The notes beneath the pieces are model-generated. The model saw only the letters and a list, made by a program, of their open reading frames with translations. It did no database searches and was not told where the DNA came from. The translations under genes were made by a program, and so were the position numbers. A stretch of 64,000 bases of DNA from a virus (lineage: Duplodnaviria; Caudoviricetes), in the IMG/VR virus record IMGVR_UViG_3300008262_000001; one strand, given 5' to 3'. Below, in pieces: positions 57,399-64,000 of this stretch (the stretch's first letter is position 1; each line of letters opens with the position of its first letter).

Positions 57399-57430
57399 AA
57401 AATAAAATGGAGACTTTGTAGAGTCTCCAT
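57399..57430 (-). terminator. intrinsic terminator after the tail tube genes
   Basis: ATGGAGACT-6nt-AGTCTCCAT followed by TTTATTTT on the minus strand. Confidence 0.8.
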
Positions 57431-57453
57431 CTATATATTTAACCTTTAAAATT

Positions 57454-58032
57454 TTAGTTAAAAAGATCCTCGAAGTAATCAGCTCTAAAGGAAAGTGCCA
57501 CTTTGTAAGGGGTAGTTCCGTTAGTGTAATCAAGGTCGAGCGATTTGATCTGGTCAACAGGGAAACAGTTTACGAGCTTAACTCTTCTGAAAACATCACC
57601 TTGCTTATTAAATATAGAAATAAGAATATAAGTGTCTCCAGCATAAACAGACTTAATACCAGTTGCACCTGTTAATGGGTTGTAAACTAGGTCAGACCAT
57701 TGTCTTAAAGTCTTGAAAACATAATTGCTATTATTGTCATCAAGGTTTGTTTCAAAATCAATTCTGACTTTTACACCAGTATCATCTACTGCTCCAGCAG
57801 CATATCTTCTTCTTGAAAACTTATATCTTTGTTCAGCAACTCCTGGGTTCTTATCAACTGCAAGACCAGAAATTGAAAGCACGTTCTCAACAAGTAATGT
57901 TCTTCCTCCGTTTCCTAAAGGATTAGAAACACCTACTGGTGGCTGTATTATAACCTCAAACTGGTTTAAGTAAACTGGTTCATAAAGTTGTACAGCTGCT
58001 TTAGATGAACTGAAATGTGGTAATCCTGCCAT
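57454..58032 (-). CDS. gp19: tail tube protein paralogue B (T4 gp19-like)
   Basis: EPVYLNQFEV, LRQWSDLVYNP, FNKQGDVFRR, CFP; downstream of the sheath. Confidence 0.75.
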   Translation of the reverse strand: MAGLPHFSSSKAAVQLYEPVYLNQFEVIIQPPVGVSNPLGNGGRTLLVENVLSISGLAVDKNPGVAEQRYKFSRRRYAAGAVDDTGVKVRIDFETNLDDNNSNYVFKTLRQWSDLVYNPLTGATGIKSVYAGDTYILISIFNKQGDVFRRVKLVNCFPVDQIKSLDLDYTNGTTPYKVALSFRADYFEDLFN

Positions 58033-58042
58033 TTTCTTCTAA

Positions 58043-58615
58043 TTATATAAATGTATCTTCGAAATAATCTACTGCCCATGTCACGTTGATCTTATAAATA
58101 CCTGTTTGGGTATAGTTAAGAGCCATTTCGTTAATTGGTGTAATAGGGAAGCAATCTTTCAAATTAATTCTTCTGAACACGTCACCAGCTTTATTGAAAA
58201 CACTGATTAAAATGTTACCTGAATAATTTGTCTTAAGTCCCATAGCACCAGTTATAGGATTGTAAACTAAATCTGACCACTGGCGAAGTATCTTGAACAC
58301 ATACATAGAATTATTGTCATCAAGGTTAATCTCGAATTCAATATCTACGTCTAAACCAGTTCTTTGAGGAGCTGCTCCAGAATAATATCTCTTTGCAAAT
58401 TTGAATTGCTGAGTTATTTCTCCTGGGTTCTGATCTACCTGTAAACCAGATACTCTTGTAACTTGCTCTAATAAAATATTTCCACTTCCTGGATTTCCTT
58501 GTGGAGCAGCTACACCAGTTGGAGGAGATATTAATACCTCAAACTGGTTCAGGAAAACTGGTTCGTATTTGTTAATAGAAGCCTTCGAACTGGTATAATG
58601 TGGTAAACCTGCCAT
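58043..58615 (-). CDS. gp19: tail tube protein paralogue A (T4 gp19-like)
   Basis: EPVFLNQFEV, LRQWSDLVYNP, FNKAGDVFRR, CFP. Confidence 0.75.
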   Translation of the reverse strand: MAGLPHYTSSKASINKYEPVFLNQFEVLISPPTGVAAPQGNPGSGNILLEQVTRVSGLQVDQNPGEITQQFKFAKRYYSGAAPQRTGLDVDIEFEINLDDNNSMYVFKILRQWSDLVYNPITGAMGLKTNYSGNILISVFNKAGDVFRRINLKDCFPITPINEMALNYTQTGIYKINVTWAVDYFEDTFI

Positions 58616-58705
58616 TGTCTTTTGAATTATATATTTGTCTAACTATTTCAGCATAAAATTTAAATGTAAAATAGCGGAGTTGATCAAATTAATTAACTAT
58701 CTTAG

Positions 58706-58713
58706 TATATATC
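58706..58713 (-). promoter_or_regulatory. putative late promoter GATATATA; AATATATA variants also at 58628 and 58745
   Basis: Intergenic, upstream of the tail tube genes. Confidence 0.5.
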
Positions 58714-58758
58714 AGTATTCAGTTTTTTTTTTAATAGAAACAACTATATATTGGGCTT

Positions 58759-58766
58759 GATATATA
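58759..58766 (+). promoter_or_regulatory. putative late promoter GATATATA
   Basis: 24 nt upstream of the endonuclease ATG at 58791. Confidence 0.55.
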
Positions 58767-58790
58767 AGGTTAAACCTACAAGGGATATAC

Positions 58791-60383
58791 ATGGAACCAG
58801 ATTTATTTTCAGAATACACAGCTATAAAAAAAGGGACAAAAAAAGCAAACGCTTTTTCTAAATTGATTAAAAACAATGAGGAACTAAAAAAAGAACTGTA
58901 TTCCAAATCCCTTGACATATCAGAGCTTTATTCTAATCCGAGTGAAGTACAAAGATTGAAATTTGTATTTGAGGACAAAAAAATCAAATTTTGTGAATGT
59001 GGTAAACCAAGATCTTGGAGAAACTTCAAAAAGGGCTATAATAAGACATGCGGGGATAAAGAATGCGTTTCAAGGGAAAACAATAGGTCAGTTAAAGAAT
59101 TTTACCAAAATAAATACGGAGTAGACCATTTGTTTCAAACTGAAACATTTAAGACAAAATTAAAGGATACTTTCATATCAAAGTTTGGAGTTGATAACCC
59201 TGGAAAGAACGAGGAGGTAAAAAATAAGATCAAAAAAACAAATTTGGAAAAATTTGGAGAAACAAGCTGGTTAAAAGTAGAAGAAAATAAAAAAAGAATC
59301 TCTGAAAGTATTATAGAAAATAATTCTAAAGATAGAATCTCTAAAATTGAAAAATTTAATATACCAATAGAAATAAAAGATTTTAACACTAAAGAAGTTA
59401 AAATACAATGTAATATTTGCAGCAATTCTTCAGTCTCATCAACTTCATACTTTAATAAGAAAATATCAGCTGGACAAAATCCGTGCTTAAAATGCAGTCC
59501 CCCTCTTTATTCTGAATCTAGAGCAGAAAATGAACTTAGTGAGTACCTCAAAGAAATATACGCTTTGGAAATAATAACTCACGATAGAAAAATATGCGAA
59601 GGTAAGGAAATTGATTTCTTTTTACCTGAATTAAATGTAGGTTTTGAATTCCATGGGATCTGGTGGCATAGTGAGATCTTTAAGGGGAAAAATGGAAATC
59701 TTAATAAGAAAAATATTATTGAGAATAAGGGGATAAAAATTTACCACATTTGGGAGGACAATTGGCTCCTAAAAAAAGAAATCATAAAAAGCAGAATCTT
59801 GAATGCTTTAGGTCTTTGTAAAAAAATATATGCAAGAAAATGTAATATCCTAAAAATTACTGCCAGAGAAGAAAAGGATTTTCTTGATACTAATCACATA
59901 CAAGGATATGTTCCATCACGAATCAAGCTGGGACTTTATTATGATTCAGAATTAGTCTCAATTATGACTTTTGGGGCAAAAAGGAAATCTTTGGGTCAAA
60001 GATCAAAAGAGGGAGAATATGAGTTATTAAGATTCTGTAATAAATTAGGAACGACCGTAGTAGGAGGTGCATCTAAACTTTTCAATAAATTTATCAAAGA
60101 ATTTGATCCGGATCTAGTTATTTCTTATCAAGACAATTCTTGGTATACTGGAAATCTCTACCAAAATATAGGATTTGATTTTATATCTAAAAGCAAGCCT
60201 AATTACTATTGGTGTAAGAGTAATATTAGATACCATAGATTCAATTTCAGAAAAGATAAATTAATTAAAGACGGTTTCGATAGAACTAAAACTGAGGATA
60301 TTATTATGACTGAGAGAGGTTATTATAAATTATGGGATTTTGGTAATTTGAAATGGGAATACAAAAAAAAAGGCTTAGATTAA
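58791..60383 (+). mobile_element. free-standing Hef-like homing endonuclease: Zn ribbons, PD-(D/E)XK nuclease and a Mom-like GNAT domain
   Basis: CECG...CGDKEC, [YF]GV repeats, CNIC..CLKC, EIDFFLP...FEFHGIWWHS, IWEDNW, then HIQG..LGLY...ELLRFC..GGASKL..ISYQD..GNLYQNIGF. Antisense between the sheath and tube genes. Confidence 0.75.
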
Positions 60384-60396
60384 TCTAAGCCTTTTT
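60363..60396. terminator. bidirectional intrinsic terminator
   Basis: AAAAAGGCTTAGAT-ta-ATCTAAGCCTTTTT between the convergent endonuclease and sheath genes. Confidence 0.85.
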
Positions 60397-60412
60397 CTTC
60401 TAATTTATATTT

Positions 60413-63400
60413 TTAAGAAAATTGGATAAATCCTCCAGAAGCAATGCCTCCAGTTCTTGTTACCGTTAATCTGTTAATAAATTTGTGGATTCCCCTTGCA
60501 GGTTCGATTATAACATCTATAATACCTAGATTCTGATCTATGATTGCTGGTGTGTTATTAGAAGAATCCATAATGCTCAAGTAGTTATAAATACCACCTA
60601 CAGATCTTACACCTGTTAAGTAATTATCTACCAATGTTTTAATTTCAAGTCTTACTGAGTCTTCGTTGAAATCAAATACATAATTTGAAAGAATCTCTTC
60701 AATAGCGCTTTCAATAGTGATCAGAAGATCTCTAACATGGAGGTTATTGAATGCTGAGTTAGTTCTTTGATAGCTTGTTTGGTTACCGTAGATAACTACT
60801 CCAATTCCTCTCTTACGGATGATTGGGTTGATACCAAATGGTTCCAAATATTCTCTATCTTCTAAATCGAAATCATATTCAAGACCAACTAAATTACCTG
60901 CTGAGATAATACCTCTTTTAACACCTGCTACTATTGAATAAGGTTCACCTGTGATAAACTTACGTATGAAGTTGTTTGACACGTAAGCAGCTGGTGGAAC
61001 ATTCAAATTCTTGCCGTTTTCTCTAATTGTCAAGAAAGGAGCAAAGAAACCAGAGAATTTAGCTCCTAAGTCTTCATCAGGTAAAGAGAATGTGAATGAA
61101 GGATTCAAACTCAAATTACCACCATCTGCAATGTATCTTGCTTGAAGAATTGGTGCTGGATCAGTTGACGTTGGTGCAGAAGTAAATCTAGGATCTATAG
61201 AATCAGAGAATTTCTGCATAGAAGGTGCGTTGCATATTGCCATACACTTCTGTCTGTTCTTAGCCAATCTAGTAAGTTGGTATTTACAGTTTGGTTGAAT
61301 ACCTCCATCAAAAGTATCCACAATGTATCTGAATGTAATAACATCAGTATCAGCTAGTGTTCTAGCCAAATTTGTGTCTGTCATCACATCAAGAATTGCG
61401 TTCATTCTTGTATCTGTTCCGTTAGGTACAGAAGCAGCTTTTATTGCAGCACCTGGGAGATAAGTGAAGTTAAACGTCTTAACAAATTCCTGTATGTTCT
61501 TGAATTTCCAAACTCTTGTTGTTGCACCTGGGTACAATTGGATAGGTCTTTCTGTTTTTACTTGTATCGTATAAACTCCAGGCGACGCTGCTGAAGATAC
61601 GGATTTAACTTCAAGAACTCTTGTTAATCTTGACTGAAGGTTTTCAGTTAATGGATTATCGTAAGTTTGAGTGTCAGTAGATACCAATAGATCTCCAACT
61701 TTAATTCCTGACGCTTCAGCTTCAGCTTCAGTAAGTTCAACAACATTCGGAGCTAACTGAGTGATAATGTCAACATAATCGCTGACGTTACCAGCAGTAG
61801 AAACGATGTTGAAAGCTTCACCTGTAGTAAGATTAGTTCCTACTGGCAATGAGCTGATATATGAAGTATCCCAAGTAGCAATAGCTTCAGGAGTGTCGAA
61901 AGTATCGTCTGTAAACGCTCTCACAACCAATACGTTGAATCCATCTCTATCAACATTTGTTTCGAATTTCAAATATTGTAAAAGAGTTCCAGTATCGTCT
62001 TGCCAAACAACGTCTCCATCTCCAATATTTCCTTTTACCCAATCCTGATAAGCTACAGAATTTTCGTAAGCCAAATAGCTATCATCTCCGATTGGAATAT
62101 CAGGCGAGAAGTAAACATCATCATTATCAAAGTAATCTGGACTTCCTATTTGATAAGCATCTGCTGAGTTTTTATTCGTTTCGTACCAAGGTTGAACATA
62201 AGTTGTACCTACTGTTGCACCAATTAATGGGTGAGTAAGTTTCATTCTAACCTGGGTTTGAACACCAGCTGCTAAAGTTGAATTTGTAATTGTCTCGGAT
62301 GAGATAACCTTCAATTTAACAAGATCTCCTACATAAAATCCTAAATAACCAGGGGTAGGAAGTGAACTAGTAACTTTACCAAGGACCCATTTAGCTGCAG
62401 GAGATGTAGTTGTAATATCTAAGAATTCCTGTACAGCTGTAATTTGGTCGTCGTGATATGTTGGATTAGTAAACTTGGTATCGAATAAAATTTTACTTCC
62501 AGAAATTGTCCAAGCATTATTCATATCTGTGTACAAGATACCAGGTCCAGTGTTGCTGAACAAAGTTGAATCCTCAACCAATGTTCCTGTTTCAGGAAGT
62601 TCATCAAATCCAGTTCCTGGTGAAACTCCTGTGTCAGTTATAGCTGTACCTCCAGTAGCTCCATCTACATTTCTATAATAAGTAAAATCTGCAAAGAGAT
62701 TTTGGCTATAAGAAAGGAAGTTCAAATTCTTTGGAACTGAAGTGATATCAGCATCAGCACCAATTTCATCAACCAAGTGGTGACCAACTAAGTCAATTAC
62801 TGAAGAATTATTCTCTAAATCGTCTAAAGCCTCTTCATTAACTGCACAGAAAATTCCAGTTTGTTGAGTTTGATTATTAATCAATGTCTGAACATATCTT
62901 AGAGTTCCGTTTTGGTCAGTGAAGTTAGGAATGAGTGTTCCAGTAACAGTTAAAACAATGTTTACTCCATCTATAGAAAGGAAATCATCGATTTTAGATT
63001 TAATGAATCCTTTAGATGTAAAGTAAGCACTATATACTGGATCGTTTGCCAAAGCCTGGTAATCTGTCCAGTTTCCACTAACTGCAATAACATCTACAAA
63101 CCAATCTGACAAATAATCATATTGGTTCATATAAGAAGGCACGTTGTCTGGACCAAAATATTCTCTTGCAGTTATATCAAACCCTTTTAATGGGAATCTA
63201 GAATCAAGGGATTTTCTAACGATGATTGATACTGGGCTCTGACCAAGGTTTACTAAGCTGAATAGCTTTCTAGAATCAGGCTGTGAGCTAGAAGTGTCTT
63301 CAGTGGCCAATAAATACTCAGTGTCTGGGAACCAGAACTTTTCTTTGTTATAGTAAGAAGAAACTAATTTATCTTGCTTAGTCAAAGGATCTGAATAACC

Positions 63401-63808
63401 ACCTGTTGCATTGTTACCATTTTGTTCCTCTGTGTCAACAGAGAAAGCTCTATATCTTGCAACATCTGCTCCTTCAGCGAAATCTGGATCGCCATTAACA
63501 TCTACACTGTTGTTAAGTATTCTTAGATTAAGAGCGAAAACAGGACCAGACTGAAGGCAGGTTAAAACTGATCTATGGAAGAAAGATCCCTTTTTCTCTA
63601 ATGCTTTATCAATTCCTCCAAAAACTGCCTGGAAAGTAGTGATGTCTGGACAATACACAGGAGTGTTAAAAGGTCCGACATTAGAATAACCAACTACCAA
63701 TCGGATTGTTGATGGGTTGATTATAATGTTTTCCGAAGCATCGAATTCTAATGTGTAAACACCAGAAGCTTTGAATAATGATAAATCAAGTTTAACTTGT
63801 TTGGCCAT
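60413..63808 (-). CDS. gp18: contractile tail sheath protein (T4 gp18-like), expanded
   Basis: SGVYTLEFD, VGYSNVGPFNTP, APFL, VPPAAYV, AGVKRG, INPI, IYGNQT, VRDLL, FDFNE, CDSSNN-like MDSSNNT, IEPARG. Confidence 0.92.
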   Translation of the reverse strand: MAKQVKLDLSLFKASGVYTLEFDASENIIINPSTIRLVVGYSNVGPFNTPVYCPDITTFQAVFGGIDKALEKKGSFFHRSVLTCLQSGPVFALNLRILNNSVDVNGDPDFAEGADVARYRAFSVDTEEQNGNNATGGYSDPLTKQDKLVSSYYNKEKFWFPDTEYLLATEDTSSSQPDSRKLFSLVNLGQSPVSIIVRKSLDSRFPLKGFDITAREYFGPDNVPSYMNQYDYLSDWFVDVIAVSGNWTDYQALANDPVYSAYFTSKGFIKSKIDDFLSIDGVNIVLTVTGTLIPNFTDQNGTLRYVQTLINNQTQQTGIFCAVNEEALDDLENNSSVIDLVGHHLVDEIGADADITSVPKNLNFLSYSQNLFADFTYYRNVDGATGGTAITDTGVSPGTGFDELPETGTLVEDSTLFSNTGPGILYTDMNNAWTISGSKILFDTKFTNPTYHDDQITAVQEFLDITTTSPAAKWVLGKVTSSLPTPGYLGFYVGDLVKLKVISSETITNSTLAAGVQTQVRMKLTHPLIGATVGTTYVQPWYETNKNSADAYQIGSPDYFDNDDVYFSPDIPIGDDSYLAYENSVAYQDWVKGNIGDGDVVWQDDTGTLLQYLKFETNVDRDGFNVLVVRAFTDDTFDTPEAIATWDTSYISSLPVGTNLTTGEAFNIVSTAGNVSDYVDIITQLAPNVVELTEAEAEASGIKVGDLLVSTDTQTYDNPLTENLQSRLTRVLEVKSVSSAASPGVYTIQVKTERPIQLYPGATTRVWKFKNIQEFVKTFNFTYLPGAAIKAASVPNGTDTRMNAILDVMTDTNLARTLADTDVITFRYIVDTFDGGIQPNCKYQLTRLAKNRQKCMAICNAPSMQKFSDSIDPRFTSAPTSTDPAPILQARYIADGGNLSLNPSFTFSLPDEDLGAKFSGFFAPFLTIRENGKNLNVPPAAYVSNNFIRKFITGEPYSIVAGVKRGIISAGNLVGLEYDFDLEDREYLEPFGINPIIRKRGIGVVIYGNQTSYQRTNSAFNNLHVRDLLITIESAIEEILSNYVFDFNEDSVRLEIKTLVDNYLTGVRSVGGIYNYLSIMDSSNNTPAIIDQNLGIIDVIIEPARGIHKFINRLTVTRTGGIASGGFIQFS

Positions 63809-63826
63809 CTTTAAATATTATTTTTG

Positions 63827-63834
63827 TATATATC
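63827..63834 (-). promoter_or_regulatory. putative late promoter GATATATA; second copy at 63870-63877
   Basis: 18 nt upstream of the sheath ATG at 63808. Confidence 0.6.
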
Positions 63835-63886
63835 GAAGAAGTTCATCCGTTAGGACTTCTTTTTCTATCTATATATCATTCTCCAG

Positions 63887-64000
63887 TTAAGAATCAAGGA
63901 GACCATTCAAGAAAGTATAATTGGACATTTCCCCTCCTTTTGCAGAGGAAGCTTCAGTATTCTCTTTTAATTTTTCTTCTATAGACTTTTTAAATTTCTC
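63887..64000 (-). CDS. 3' end of a gene entering from beyond the window; product unknown
   Basis: Open frame EKFKKSIEEKLKENTEASSAKGGEMSNYTFLNGLLDS* with TAA at 63889-63887. Confidence 0.5.
   Translation of the reverse strand, partial: EKFKKSIEEKLKENTEASSAKGGEMSNYTFLNGLLDS

Noticed and set aside
57159-57557. 132-aa minus-strand ORF
   Set aside because: It crosses the tube stop codon, a terminator and the small membrane gene in another frame.
60413-63808. Intein or intron explaining the long sheath
   Set aside because: The frame is continuous and no intein splice motifs or LAGLIDADG blocks were recognised.

Overview
This is a 64 kb, AT-rich, gene-dense segment of a large T4-superfamily myovirus (jumbo-type tailed phage). 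It uses the standard genetic code and most genes are on the minus strand. In order it holds: (1) an eight-gene glycosyltransferase-like cluster with GT10- and GT11-type fucosyltransferases and a GDP-fucose synthase; (2) an acidic repeat protein, a RimK-RimB fusion, an AsnB-like amidotransferase and a P-loop kinase; (3) a head module with many putative internal proteins, a gp23-like major capsid protein, a fused gp21 protease/scaffold and a nucleotidyltransferase; (4) repair genes and a collagen-like fibre; (5) replication genes (gp62/gp44 clamp loader, RNase H, guanylate kinase, ligase); (6) two tandem portal paralogues, gp2, gp4 and a gp55-like late sigma; (7) accessory virion, membrane and metabolic genes with a second sigma factor; (8) a tail module with a tape-measure-like gene, a gp26/gp51-like pair, two tail tubes, an inserted homing endonuclease and a 1131-aa sheath. 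A GATATATA motif lies just upstream of most structural genes and looks like the late promoter. The most notable signals are a candidate -1 frameshift plus hairpin that links a 770-aa gene to the late sigma gene, a candidate frameshift at the gp26/gp51-like junction, an internal promoter and start that may release a free scaffold, a family of capsid-targeting-like N-termini, and PG-binding/annexin-like/glycine-zipper head proteins. No tRNA, rRNA or CRISPR array was seen. All calls come from motif recognition by eye; no database searches were run.
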